Shown one piece after another: positions 35,796-51,041 of a stretch of 64,000 bases of DNA. Below the pieces are notes generated by a model. That model was not told the origin of the DNA. It saw only the letters and a program-made list of their open reading frames with translations, and searched no databases. The first letter of the stretch is position 1; the number at the start of each line of letters is the position of its first letter. The position numbers and the translations under genes are program-made. The stretch covers positions 310,001 through 374,000 of the forward strand of contig JABVCE010000026.1 of NCBI GenBank assembly GCA_014905635.1, in the 5' to 3' direction. Source of the stretch: Scenedesmus sp. PABB004 (Eukaryota).

Positions 35796-36226
35796 CGCTG
35801 CTGCTGCTGCTGCTGCGGCCCCTTCTGATCGGGGGGAGTCGCTGGGAGCGGTGCGCGACTGCCACGCCCGGCCTGCTGGTGAGGCGGCCCCGGCCACCCG
35901 GTTTTGGAAGGCTGGGATCGTGCTGGGCGACCAGGGTTTGGTGTCACTCGGGGCCGTCAGCGTCACCGCCGCGCCGCTGCTGCCGCGCGCCGCGCGCACC
36001 GGCGCTCATTTGCCGTACTACAACTAATCAGCCCCCGCGCCCGGAGTGACCACGGATCCCGGCCCATCACCTCACACACAAGCCGCCCTGCAAAAACAAC
36101 GAAGAGACGCCGCGATCGGTTGGGTTCGCCTCGCCGCAAAACAGCTCACATCAGGGCCAGCAGCAAGCTAATGGCATGGGGGCGCGCCGCCGCGTGTTGC
36201 GCGTCGCCAAGGAGGGCAACGCTGGG

Positions 36227-37099
36227 TCACCGCCGCCGCAGCCCGGCGCTGGGCGGGTCGTAGCAGCAGCCGCGGCTGCCGAGCGCCTCTGCCGGCCGCG
36301 GGAGCATGGCGCACGGGAACGTGACGTCCGAGACGAACGACGCGCCCGACCGCGTGACCACCAGGTGGCACGCCTGCTGCGCGGTGTCAAACGCCTTGGG
36401 CGGCTGCAACAGCGGCGGCGGCGGCGGCGGCGGCGGCCAGGAGGGGAAAGGGGTGAGCGGCGGCGGCGCCGCAGCGAGGGGGGGGGGGGGACAGCGGCCG
36501 CGCGCGCGCGCCAGGCGCGGCGCGGCGCGGCGCACCGCAGGGAGCTGGGGCACGAGCCACATGCCGTACGGGCTCGCCGCCGCGTCGCCGCGCGCCGCGA
36601 CGCCGGCGGCGAACTGCTCCGCGCTCGTGCGCGCGCAGGGCACGCCTGTGACTGCGTAGCCGTACAAGTAGAGCGGCGCGGCGCTGCGGTGGAAGTAGAG
36701 CGCGGGGTTCAGCGTGGTGAGGTTGCAGCTCAGTGCCGCGATGCCGAGCCCCGGCGCGGGCGGCGCGCCGGACGCGGGGCCGGCCGGGTGCTCCGCCCAG
36801 AGGTTGAGCGCGGGCCCGATCGGCACGCGCGCGTCGCCGGACGCCCGCGGCGAGCAGGGGAAGGCCATGACCAGCGCCTCGCCCGACGCGCTGGCCGCGC
36901 ACGACGCGCCGCCGCCGGCGCTCGACAGCAGGAGGCTCGAGACGGTGCACACGCCGTCGCGCACGGTGAGCTGGCTCGCGTGCGGGCTCGCCGCGTCGCC
37001 GGAGGCTTGGCAGACGTCAAGCTGAACCACGGCGCCGCTGGCGGCGGTCGACAGGAGCAGCGCCGCCGCCAGCAGGAGCGCCGCCAGCGGGGGCGCCAT
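36227..37099 (-). CDS. Cys-rich secreted protein of unknown function (about 246 aa after splicing)
   Basis: Signal peptide MAPPLAALLLAAALLLSTAASG; probable in-frame GT-AG intron 36535-36404; 10 Cys; NLT sequon. Confidence 0.75.
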   Translation of the reverse strand: MAPPLAALLLAAALLLSTAASGAVVQLDVCQASGDAASPHASQLTVRDGVCTVSSLLLSSAGGGASCAASASGEALVMAFPCSPRASGDARVPIGPALNLWAEHPAGPASGAPPAPGLGIAALSCNLTTLNPALYFHRSAAPLYLYGYAVTGVPCARTSAEQFAAGVAARGDAAASPYGMWLVPQLPAVRRAAPRLARARGRCPPPPLAAAPPPLTPFPSWPPPPPPPPLLQPPKAFDTAQQACHLVVTRSGASFVSDVTFPCAMLPRPAEALGSRGCCYDPPSAGLRRR

Positions 37100-37628
37100 T
37101 GCGAGCGCGCCCTGGTCGCTGCGGCGGCGGCGGCGATCAGGCCCCCCTGCTCGCGGCGAGGGCTCCCGCTGCCACCTGAGCTCCGTTCGTTCACGAGGAG
37201 GCGCTCGCGCGGCGCGAGGCCCGGGGGAGCGGGCTGCGCGGGGCGAACGGCCGGCTCGGCTGGCGCCCCGCGACCCCGCGCGTGGCAGCGCCCGCGCAGG
37301 TCAGCGGTGGTGCGTGGCGAGAGTGGTGAGCTCGTGGGCAGCTCTGCGCGACCGCGGGAGTGGCACGCAGCGCGGCCTGCCGCGCGCGCGCGGGGGTGCT
37401 GCTCCCGCGCCCGCGGCTCCCAGGCCCGGCCCAACCCGCCGCGCCCGCGCGCCGGCACGCGCGGGAGCTCGCTCCGAGCACGCCGTGATTGACGGAGCGA
37501 GCTGCACGGGACCGCCGCCCGTCGCCCGGCACCGCTGCTGCGGCCGCGCGGTCAAGCTGCAAGTTTACCCGCGCCCGCCCGCCGCCTCGCTGCTGCTGCT
37601 GCTGCTCGCCGCGCCGCGCGCCCGCCCC

Positions 37629-40294
<2,666 letters not shown>

Positions 40295-41029
40295 GGCGCT
40301 CCGGGCGCCGCGAGCGGTGGGCCGGGGGCGGGCCAGGCAATTGGCGGGGCGCGGCGGTCGCGGCGGGTGCTCGGGAGGGGCGGGGGTGGCGGAGGAAGGT
40401 GTTGACAGAGCGGCGCGACGAGCAGGGGCGCCTGGGCGGTTGATCTTGCGCCGCCGCGGCGCGACGCCGGCGTGACAACTCTGCTGCCGCCGCTCCAAAA
40501 AGCGCCCGCGACCGTCGGGCGGGCGTGGGGAGTTGCGTCACCGCTGCGGCGCACGCGGGGGACGGCGCCGGCGTGTCCCCGGGGGTGCGCGCCGCGGGGC
40601 GCGCGAGCAGCGGCGCCGGTCACGCCCCGCGCGGCGACCGCCGAGCTGCGCCAGGTGAGCGCGTCGCCGCGGCAGCTCTGGCTGAGTGCGACGAGAGCAG
40701 CAGCAGCCCGCGCAGCGAGCCGCCGGCGCGCCGGCCGCGCCGCGCCGCGCCAACCGCCGCGCGGCGTCCGCCACGATCCCCAGGGCCTCCGACGGGCGGG
40801 CCCCCAGCTGGAAAGCAGGACGCCAGCAGCTCGCGACCTGCGCCGCACCGCGCGGCCGCCGCGCACGGCCGCGCCGCCGGCGGCTCCGCCGCAACCCTGG
40901 CGGCGCGCCGCGGCGGCGGCGCGAGTTCATTGGTGCCGCCCGCTCGCGGCCGGCCGCTCACGCCTGCCGGGGGAGCGCCCGCGCACGCCTGCTCGTCGAG
41001 CGCGGGCCGACTGCTGCGCGGGGGGCGCG

Positions 41030-43863
41030 ATGTGCGGCATTCTAGCCTGCCTGCAGAGCACGGATGACGGGCCCGAGATGCGCGCGCGCGTGCTGGCGCT
41101 CAGCCGGCGCCAGCGGCACCGCGGCCCCGACTGGTGAGGGCGCACGCCATCGCAGTCGGCTGCCGCGCCGTGGGGGGCCCCGGCGCCGGCGCGGCAGGGC
41201 GCTGCGGGCAGCGCGAATGCCAGGCCGCCCGCACCCGCAGCGCGCGCGCCTGCCGCGGCCGGGGGCGGCCGGCAGGGGCCTCGATCGGCACGGCAGAGAC
41301 AGCAGTTTCTGCTGCCCGCGCCAGGCGCCGCCCGCCCAGCACGGCACAGGGCGCCGGCCCCGCACCGCCGTGAGCGCGGTGCGGCCGGCCGGCGCCGGCG
41401 CGCCGGCGGCGGCGCTGCCGGCGGCAGCGGGGCGGCGCTGGCTGGCGTCTCCGCGCTGTCGTCGGTCGACGCTGTCGTCGGTCGACGCTGCGACGGCAAC
41501 CAGCGCCGCCGCCACCGCTCTCCCGGCGCCAGCCGGCAGCGTCCTGGCGCCGGCCCCAGCCGCTGGCCCGGCGCCAGCGCTGGCACAGCGAGCGGGGCCG
41601 TGCTCCGCCGCCGGCGGTCGCAGCGCCGCGCCGACCGCAGCCGACCCCGCGGCCGACCCCGCGCCGCGCCGCAGGTCGGGCATGTTTCAGTGGAAGAACT
41701 GCTTCCTCGCCCACGAGCGCCTCGCCATCATCGACCCCGCCTCGGGTGCGCGCGCCCGGCCGCGCCGGCCGCCACAGCGGCGGCGGCCGGGCGCGGCGCA
41801 GCCGCCCCGCGCGTGGCGGCCCGCGCCAGAGTAGCGGCGGCCCGCCTCGTGACCATGGCCGCGGCCCCGGCGCGCCCGGCGCGCGGCGCCCGCCCCGCCC
41901 GGCCCCACCCGCGCCCCGCGCCCTGCGCCCCGCGCCGCGCCGCCCCTCTCCTGCTGCGGCTGCAGGCGACCAGCCGCTGTTCAACGAGGACCGCAGCGTG
42001 AGCGTGTGCGTAAACGGGGAGATCTACAACTACAAGGCCCTGCGCGAGACCATCCTCGCAAAGCACCCGGGCAAGAAGTTCCGCACCGACAGCGACTGCG
42101 AGGTCCGGTCCGCACGCGCGCCGCGGCGGCGCGGCGCGGCGCGCCGTCGGCGGTCGCGGCGCCCGCGCCGCCGCGCGCCCAGCCCGCACCGCTGCGCGGG
42201 GCTCACCCGCGCCGCCGCCGCCGCCGCCGCAGGTGATCAGCCACCTGTGGGAGGACCACGGCGAGGGCGTCGCGGGCATGCTGGACGGCATGTTCAGCTT
42301 TGTCATTCTCGACACGCGCGACGGCAGCTTCTACGCCGCGCGCGACCCGATCGGCATCACGAGCCTCTACATCGGCTGGGGCAAGGACGGCAGCGTGTGG
42401 GTCGCGAGCGAGATGAAGTGCCTCAAGGACGAGTGCCTCAAGTGAGCGCTTGCTCCTGCTTTTGCAAGAGAACGAGGGGGGGAGGGACCGGGGGCGTGGG
42501 GCCGTGCTGCAACGTGGTGTGCAACATGCACACCACGTGTTGTGGTGTGTGTGCCTGCGCGTGTGCGCGCCCCGACGCACTCGCGTGGCGGCGGCGGCGC
42601 GGCGCTCAAGCCGTCCTCTCACCCCGCCCTGCCCCGCCCCGTCCCGCCTGCCGCGCCCCCGCGCCGCGTCCCCCAGGTTCCAGCAGTTCCCGCCGGGGCA
42701 CTACTACAGCAGCAAGACCCAGTCCTTCACGCGCTACTACAACCCACAGTTCTACCTCGACTTTGAGGCGTCGCCCCCGCGCTGCCCCAGGTGGGGCACG
42801 AGGCTCGAGGCTTGATGCTTGAGGCCGTAGGCTTGAGGCTGCGCTGGCGGCCCGGACGCGCGGCCGCACAGCGCGCGGGGGCCCGCGCGCTGCGCTGCGC
42901 GCGACGCGGCGCGGCGCCGACGCGCCGCCGCGCCGCACGTCGCGGCCGCAGCACGCCGTTCAACGCGGAGGTGCTGCGCACCGCGTTTGAGGCGGCCGTG
43001 GTGAAGCGCATGATGAGCGACGTGCCGTTTGGTGCGTGCGCAGCGCGGCGCGGCGCTGCGCCGGACGGCCCGCGGCAGAGCGCGGCGGGCAGGCACTGCG
43101 CGCCGGCGCCGCGCCGCGCACCGCCGAACCTCGCGCCCGCGCGCCGCGCCGCGCCGCGCGCAGGCGTGCTGCTGTCGGGCGGGCTCGACAGCAGCCTCGT
43201 CGCGGCGATCGCGAGCCGCGCGATCAAGAGCGCCAACAGCGTGTGGGGCAACCGGCTGCACTCCTTCTGCGTCGGCCTGCCGGGCAGCCCAGACCTCAAG
43301 GCGCGCGCGCGGCACGCGCACAGCACGCGCACAGCACGCGCAGCACGCACGCGGGGCCGCGCACGCGCCCGCGCGCCCGCGCACACTCGCTCACGCGCGC
43401 CCGGTCGTGCGGCGCGCAGGCGGGGCGTGAGGTCGCCGAGTTCCTGGGCACCGACCACCACGAGTTCACCTTCACCGTGCAGGCGCGGCGCGGCACGCAC
43501 GCGCACACGCCGCCGGCCCGGCACCTCTGTGCCGCGCCGGGCCGCCGCCCCGCGCGCTCCAAGCGCTCCGCACCCTCCCCGCCCACGCCCGCACACCCAC
43601 ACTCACGCCCACACGCCCACACTCACGCCCGCGCTCGCGCCCGCGCCGCGCCCCGCCCGGCCTGGGCCGCGCAGGAGGGCGTGGACGCGATCAGCGACGT
43701 CATCCAGCACGTCGAGACGTACGACGTGACAACGATCCGCGCGAGCACGCCCATGTTCCTCATGTCGCGCAAGATCAAGGCGCTCGGCGTCAAGATGGTC
43801 CTCTCGGGCGAGGGCAGCGACGAGGTCTTTGGCGGCTACCTCTACTTCCACAAGGCCCCCAGC

Positions 43864-43901
<38 letters not shown>

Positions 43902-45270
43902 GGTGGGCGTTGCGGGGCTGTGTGTGCGTGTGTGTGTGTGTGTGTGTGTTTGTGTGGCGGCCTTGTGAGGTAGCACCTCACAAGGCCCCCAGCAGGGTGC
44001 GCGTGCGTGCGCGCGCGTGTGTGTGGGTGGGGAGATGGCGGGCTGGGCGGGGAGCTGCAGAGTCAGCCGGATGGAGTGGGCTCAAGGGTCGAGCGCGGAG
44101 CCGGGACGGGCACGCGGCGGCGGCGCTGCCGCCGCAGACCGCGCGCCGACACCCCCCGCCGCCGGCGCGCCGCAGGAGGAGTTTTTCCAGGAGACGGTGC
44201 GCAAGGTGCAGGCGCTGTACCAGTACGACTGCCTGCGCGCGAACAAGAGCACCATGGCGTGGGGCGTCGAGGCGCGCGTGCCGTTCCTTGACCGCGCCTT
44301 CCTGGACGTCGCGATGGCGATCGACCCCGCGGAGAAGATGATCGACAAGGCCGCCGGTGCGGCGGCGCGCGGCGCGGCACCGCGCGGCGCACGGCGCGGG
44401 GCTTGTTTTGGGGGGGGGGGGGGCTGGCGCAGCCTCGCGGCAGCCGCCCGCCCAAGCGCCTGCCCGCCCGCGCGCCCACACACCCACACGCGCCTCCCGC
44501 CTCCTGCCGCCGCCGCCTAAACCCTGCGCCGCCGCCGCCGCCGCCTTGAACCCCGCGCCGCCGCCCTTTAGGGCGCATGGAGAAGTTCATCCTGCGCAAG
44601 GCCTTTGACACGCCCGACCGCCCCTACCTGCCCGCGCACGTGCTGTGGCGCCAGAAGGAGCAGTTCAGCGACGGCGTCGGCTACAGCTGGATCGACGGCC
44701 TCAAGGCCCACGCGGAGGACGTGGTCTCGGACCAGCAGCTCGCCGCCGCGCAGCACCGGTGCGCGCCCGCGCGGGGCCGCGCGGCAACCCCCGCGCCGCG
44801 CGCCTGCAGCGCCGCGCCACGCCCGCACACGCCCGCACGCGCGCGCGCGCCCGCCCGCGTGCGCCGCGGCCGGCGCCGTGCTAAAAACCCGCTGCCCCGT
44901 TGCGTGCCGCCGCGGCCAGGTACCTCGACAACACGCCCCGCACCAAGGAGGCCTACTTTTACCGCTCCATCTTTGAGTCCCACTTCCCCCAGAAGGCCGC
45001 CGCCGACACGGTGCCGGGTGCGCGGCGGCGGCGGCGGCGGGGGCACGGGCGCGGGTGCGGGCACGGGCGCGCGTGCGCGCACGCCGCGTGTTCACACGCC
45101 CCGCCCCGCCCCGCGCGCGCCACGGGCACGGGCGCGCAGGCGGCCCCAGCGTGGCGTGCAGCACGGCGACCGCGGCGCTGTGGGACGCGGCGTGGGCGGG
45201 CAAGGAGGACCCGAGCGGCCGCGCGGTCGCGGTGCACGACTCGGCGTACGACAAGGCGCCGGCGAGCTGA
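41030..45270 (+). CDS. ASNS: Asparagine synthetase (glutamine-hydrolysing)
   Basis: MCGI N-terminal nucleophile, [78 protein letters not shown]. Confidence 0.98.
43867..43956. repeat. Intronic (GT)n microsatellites
   Basis: (GT)16 begins at the splice donor 43867; further GT runs continue to about 43956. Confidence 0.95.
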
Positions 45271-45760
45271 GCTGGGCCGAGCAGCGGGCGGGGCAGCGGC
45301 CAGGGCGGCGGCGGCCGGCGCGAGAGAGTGCCGGGAGCCGGGAACGGGGGCGCAGCGTCGCGCCGTGGACGAATGACGCAGGACTGGACTCTGTGACCGC
45401 CGCGCACGGCGTCGTGCCCGCTGCTGCCGCCGTCGTCGGCCCCCGCCGCCAGCGGTTCTGCCGCCCCTCCCAATCTGCCCCGCCGACCCCCCGCACGCGT
45501 CGGGCCGCACAATCGACCAAAACGCCGCCTGCCGCAGGCGTGCACTCGAAGGCGCGCGCGACAGCTGCGCTCGCCGCCGCTCGCCGCCGCGCACTCCCAC
45601 CCGCCCGGCGCCCGCCCAGCGACTCTGACGCTTCCGAGCTACCGCCCCGCACACCGGGAGCCAGCCAGCAGTCCTCGCCCTCGCCCGATGGCGGGCGCCC
45701 CGCTCGCACAGCACTCCACCGACCCCGCTCCCCCGCGAGAGTAACGGCACGACGCCCAGG

Positions 45761-47754
45761 ATGAGCAGCAGCCGGGCGCGGTCGCCCTTCGCGGGCGAGC
45801 TGGACGGCAGCGGCTCCGACGGCGAGGTGCGCCGCGGCGGCACCGGCGCGCAAGAGCGGGCCCCAGGGGCCCCAGCCGCCGTTCCGCTGCGTGAACGGCG
45901 TCGGCGGACCCGGGTGCAGCGCTGCCCGCCCTTGCCGGCGCCGGCCGCCGGCGCGCCGCCGCACAACAACCGCCGCCGCTCCGGCAGGGCGCGCCGCGCG
46001 GGAGCAAGCCGGCCACCTTCCGCGAGCGCGTCGCCGCGGTGGGCCGCGAGGCGGCGCTGCAGAAGCAGCTGGCGGACGCGGCGCGCGACCGCCAGGTGCG
46101 GCGGGCGTGAGCCTGGCCCGCGCGCCACGGCGTCGGCTTGCGCGCGCGCGTTGACCCGCCCGACCGGGCCCCGCCGGGCCCCGCAGGATCTCGCCAAGCG
46201 CTACGACGCCAAGGCCGCCAAGTGCGACGAGCTTCGTGACAAGCTCAAGCACGCCAAGGCGGCGCTCGGCGGGCGCGAGCGCGAGCTCGAGGTCGCGCAG
46301 CGCATGCTCGCCAAGCTCGGCCAGGAGAAGGCGGGCCTGCGGGTGCGCCGCCGCTGTCGCCGCTGCAGCGCCAGCAGCAGCAGCACCGGCAGCAGCGTGA
46401 GCGCGCCGCTGCCGCCGCCGCCGCCGCCGCCGCGCAGGAGGAGGCCGCGGAGGCCAAGGTGTACACGCGCCGGCTGGAGGCGCGGCTCGAGGAGCTCAAG
46501 GGCGCGGCGGACGCCGCGGGCAAGGCCGCGGCCGCGCGCCAGAAGGTGCGGCGGCTGCGCGGCGGCCGCGCGGGGTCCGGGGGCCGCCCGCTGCGAGCAC
46601 GGGCGCGCCGACGCCGCCGCGCGCCGCCGCGCCGCCGCAGGCGCACGGCCTGCAGGCTGAGCTCGTGGCGGTGAGCGCGGAGCTCGGCGCGGCCAGGGAC
46701 GCGGCGGACACGCGGCAGCGCGAGGTGGACGGCCTGCGGCGCGCGCTCGAGATCCGGGCGGCAGAGTTCAGCCGGGAGGCCGGCCAGGACGTCCCCGCGC
46801 AGCTGCTGCACGCGCTCGCAGGTGCGGGGCGGGGCGGAGCACGGGCGCTGCGTCGCCGCGCCGCCGCGCCCGTGCCGCGCTGACGCAGCCACGCGCCGCC
46901 GCCACGCCCCCCTGCGCCCGCCGCGCAGAGAGCCGCGAGGAGTCGCTCGGCCTCTCCCGCCAGCTGGCGGCGAGCAAGGCAGACGTGCACAAGCTGCGCG
47001 CCTCGGCGGCGCGCCTCACCGAGCGCGTCGACGCGGCGGAGCTCATGCGCACGGACGCCGAGGCCGCGGCGGAGCAGCTGCGGGCGCGCCTCGAGAAGCT
47101 GGTCGGCGGCAGCGCTGAGGTGACCCGGCAGCGCGCCGACATGGCGCAGGTGCGCCGCCGCCGCGGGGCGGCCCGGGGCCGGCGCAGCGTGTCGCGCGTT
47201 GCCGTGCCCGCCCGCCCGCGGTGACGCGCCGCGCGCCGGCCGCCGCCGCTGCAGCTGCTGGCCGCGGCGCGGCGCGAGGCCGAGGCGCTCAAGGCAGAGC
47301 GCGACGAGCTGGCCGAGGTGGTGCTGGAGATGCAGGAGGAGATCGAAGCGCTGCGCAGCGAGGCCGACGGCCTGCGCCAGGCGAACGACGCTGCGGCGAC
47401 GTGCGTGGCGCGCCGCAGAGGCGGCCCCCGCGCCGGGCTGGGCTGCGCCGCCCGCCGCCGCCCCACGTCTCACGCGGCGCCCGGTGCCGCCGCCGCCGCC
47501 ACTGCCGCCGCGATGTGCACACAGCCAGGGCGAGCTCGCGGCCGCAGCGGCGGCGGACGAGGCGGTTGCGCACATTGCCAGCAGCCACGCGGCTGCGGTG
47601 GACGCGGCGCAGGCGCAGGCGGCGCGCGAGGCAGAGCTGCACGCACGCTGCGCGGCGCTCGCGCAGCAGGCGGCGCAGATAGAAGCGTCGCTGCAGGGGC
47701 AGCTGGCCGCGGCGCAGCAGGCCGCGGCCGCGCGGCAGCAGCAGATACAGGTGC

Positions 47755-47791
<37 letters not shown>

Positions 47792-50503
47792 GGCGGGCGG
47801 GTGCATGCGACAGCGCCGCGGGGCCGCAGAGGGGCGTGCCGGAGCAACGCCCGCCGCGCCGCTCCCTGCTGCGCCGCGGCACCGGCCAGGCGCTGGAGGC
47901 GCAGCTGAAGGCGCAGCGCCAGCGCGAGCTGGAGCTGGACCGCAAGGTCTCGGAGCTTCGCGCGCACGCCGAGCGCCTCGACGGCGCCGCGAGCAGCGCC
48001 GAGGCGGCAGCCAGCCGCACCGGCGAGCTGCAGCAGCAGGTGGTGCGGCTGGAGGCCAGCCTGCGCGTGGCGGGCGTGGAGCGGCAGCTGCTCGAGCAGC
48101 GCCTGCAGCAGCTGGGCGATGACGCCGCGGGCGCGCGCCAGGAGGCGGCGCGCGAGGCTGACGGCCTGCGCGCGCAGCTGGCGGCCAAGGAGGCGGCGCA
48201 CAGGTGGGCTGTCGCGGGCGGGCGGCAGCAGGGGGCCCGGCGCGCGAGCCGCCGTCGCGGGCGCGCGAGCCGCCGTCGCGGGCGCGCGAGCCGCCGCGCG
48301 CCTCACGGCCTGCCTCGCGGCGCCGCAGGTGCGCGATGGAGGATGCCGCAGAGCTGCAGAAGCAGCTGGCCGAGGTGACTGAGCAGCTCGACAGGGCAGC
48401 CTCCTCCAAGGTGTGCGAAAGGGCCGCCGGCCGGGCCTTCCACATGTGCCGCGCCGCGCGCGCCCCCGCCGAGCCGCCGCGCCGTCCGCCGCGCAGGCGC
48501 GGCTGCAGAGCAAGCTGCTGCACCAGATCGGAACCATCAAGGACAAGCTGCAGGCGGCCGAGGCGCAGAGCCAGCAGCAGCTGGGGCTGCCGGCCAGCCC
48601 GCCCTTCCCGCGCCGCGCGCACCGCGCGAGCTGCGGAAGCATCGGGCTGCGGGCCGACGCGGGCGAGCCGGCCCGGAGCGGCAGCGGCGGTGACGCTGCG
48701 TCGGCGGCGCTGGGCTGCAGCGCCGCGCTGCTCAGGGCGCGTGCGGCGGCGGCCGGCCCGCAGCGCAGCGTGCCCGCGCCGGCGCAGCTGCTGAGCGGCG
48801 GCGGCGGCGCGCGGCCGAGGCCGCCCGCGGCGGCCTCGTCTCACAGGCACAGCGTCGGCAGCATCGGCAGCACGGGCGCCCCGGCGTGGCAGCAGCAGCC
48901 GGCGCGCGCGCCGGCGCGCAGCGGCGGCGAGGCGCTGCACGCGCAGCTGCAGCAGCTGCGGCAGCAGCACCGCGGCCCCGCCGGCCCCGGCGCGGCGGCG
49001 GCGCGCGTGGCCGAGTTTGCGGCCAGCTTGCAGCCGCCGCGCGGCGGCGACGCCGCGCCGCAGCCCGACGACGGCGACGTGGGCTTTGGCGTGCACGCCG
49101 CCGCCGCGCAGCGGCTGTCGCCGCCGCCCCGCGCTGGCGTCGGCGCGGCGGCCGGCTGCGCGCAGCTGGCGCAGCAGCCCTTCGGCGGCAGCCTGGCCGA
49201 TGGCATCGCTGCCATGTCCTGGCCAGACATACTGCGGGCGGACGCAGCGGCGCAGTCGGCCGGGCAGCGCCCGGCCTCGCCCGCCGCGGCGGACTCGGGC
49301 CCCGCCGCGCCCGGCGCGCCCGCGCAGTGGCGCCCGTCCGGCGCCGCGCACCCCCGCGGCGGCGGCGGCTGGCTGCAGCAGCCGGTCGAGCCCTATTCGC
49401 CGACGGTGGCGGGCGGCGGCGCGCCGCCGCGCCCGCCGCAGCAGCCGCCGCGCGCCAGCGCGCTCGGCCGCGGCGCCTCGGCCGGCGGGCGGGGTGGCGA
49501 CCTGTCCGACCCCTACTCGCTGCCCGCGTCGGCGGAGCAGAGCATGGCGTCGCTGCTGGCGGAGCAGCACGGGGCCAGCGTCGGCGGCGCCTGGCAGCAG
49601 CCCGCGGCGCAGCCGCAGCAGGCGCACCAGCAGCAGCAGCGACGCAGCGCGTCGCCGCAGCAGCAGCAGCACGGGGCGGCCGCTCGAGCTGCGGCGGGCG
49701 CCGCGCAGCAGGGGGAGCCGCGCGGCGCGGGCGGCAGCCCCCGGACCGGCCAGCCGCCGGCGGGGGCCGAGCCGGACTTGCTGGAGCTCCTGAACGGCGG
49801 CGGCGACGGGCCGTGGGAGGTCACGTATGACTCAGAGTCGCTCAGCGACGGCGGCGGCGGCGGCGACGCGGCAGCGTCTGGGGGCGCCAGCTCAGCGGGC
49901 TCGCCCCGCGCGGCCGGCTCGCCCAGCCCGCCCCCGCAGCCGAGCCGGCTCGAGGCGACGCGGGCAGCGCTGCGGGGGCTTTCCGGCACCGGCCGGCTGC
50001 TTGCAGCAGCCGGCGGCGCGGGCGGGCTGAGGCAGAGCCTGCCCGCGCGGCCCGGCGCCGGCGGCGGCGACAGCAGCAGCAGCGACGACGACGACGGTGG
50101 CGGCCACGAGCGCGCCGCGCCGGCCCGCCGTGCCGGCCCCGGCGCGCTGCTGTCGCCGCCGTCCACGGGCAAGGTGTGGCGCAGCGCGCCGCGCAGCAGC
50201 GGCGTGCGGCCGCTGCCGATGCAGGAACTCGGCACGTGCGGCGACGCGGTCGTCGCCGTGCGTGCGAGCGCGGCGCCGCGGCCGGGCAGCGCGGGGAGCA
50301 AGCAGCTGCCGCACGACCCCAGCCTCGCCTCGTGGGACGGCGGCTGCGGCGGCACGGAGGGCGCCAGCCGCGGCGGCAGCCCCGCGGGCAGCCGCGCGGC
50401 GCGTGGCGGCGCCCGCGGCGGCATGGACGCGCTGCTGGCCAAGCTGCAGGAGGGCACGCCCACGCTGGAGGACCTCGCCGCGCTGGAGGGCCTGCTGGGC
50501 TGA
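45761..50503 (+). CDS. Long coiled-coil protein with low-complexity C-terminal region, function unknown
   Basis: Many short GT-AG-bounded exons with heptad E/K/R/L/A sequence (e.g. [38 protein letters not shown]); ends [15 protein letters not shown]. Confidence 0.8.
48240..48296. repeat. Intronic 21-bp tandem repeat (GCGCGCGAGCCGCCGTCGCGG, about 2.7 copies)
   Basis: Read directly from the sequence. Confidence 0.85.
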
Positions 50504-51041
50504 GGCCGAGGCGGCCGGTTGCTGCGCGGCGGGTCCAGGGTTGCTGACGGCCGAGTTGGCGGCGAGCGGCGAGGGCTGCTGGGGCGGCTGCGTGCAATCT
50601 GCTGACGCTGTTCCCCGCTCCCGCCTAGGCTCCCGCAGCAGCGCCGCAGCTGGTGACGCCGGCAGTGCGCGCCGATGGCGGCGGCGCTGGCCCCGCTGCA
50701 GTCCCAAAAAAACGCGTGTTGGCATCCTGAGGGTGCGCCCGCCGTCCAAGGAGCGATTGGAGGCCGCACGCCGAGTGTGAAGGCGGGTGAGAAGGACTGG
50801 ACTGCTGCAGTCGGGGACCGCTCGCTCTCCGCGGCCTGGCCTCCGCCGCCTCCCGCTCGCCGGCCCCGCGTTCAGACGTACGGGGTCCGCCGCGACCAGC
50901 AGCGCCGACGCGCGGCGGACGCGGGCTGCGGGCAGCGCCGGCCGCGCGACCATCGGCCGCGCCTCCAGTCCGCCCTGCCCGCCGCGCCCCCGCCGGCGCG
51001 CTCCTAGCCTTCACCACACCCTTTACTTTCATCCGCCGGCC

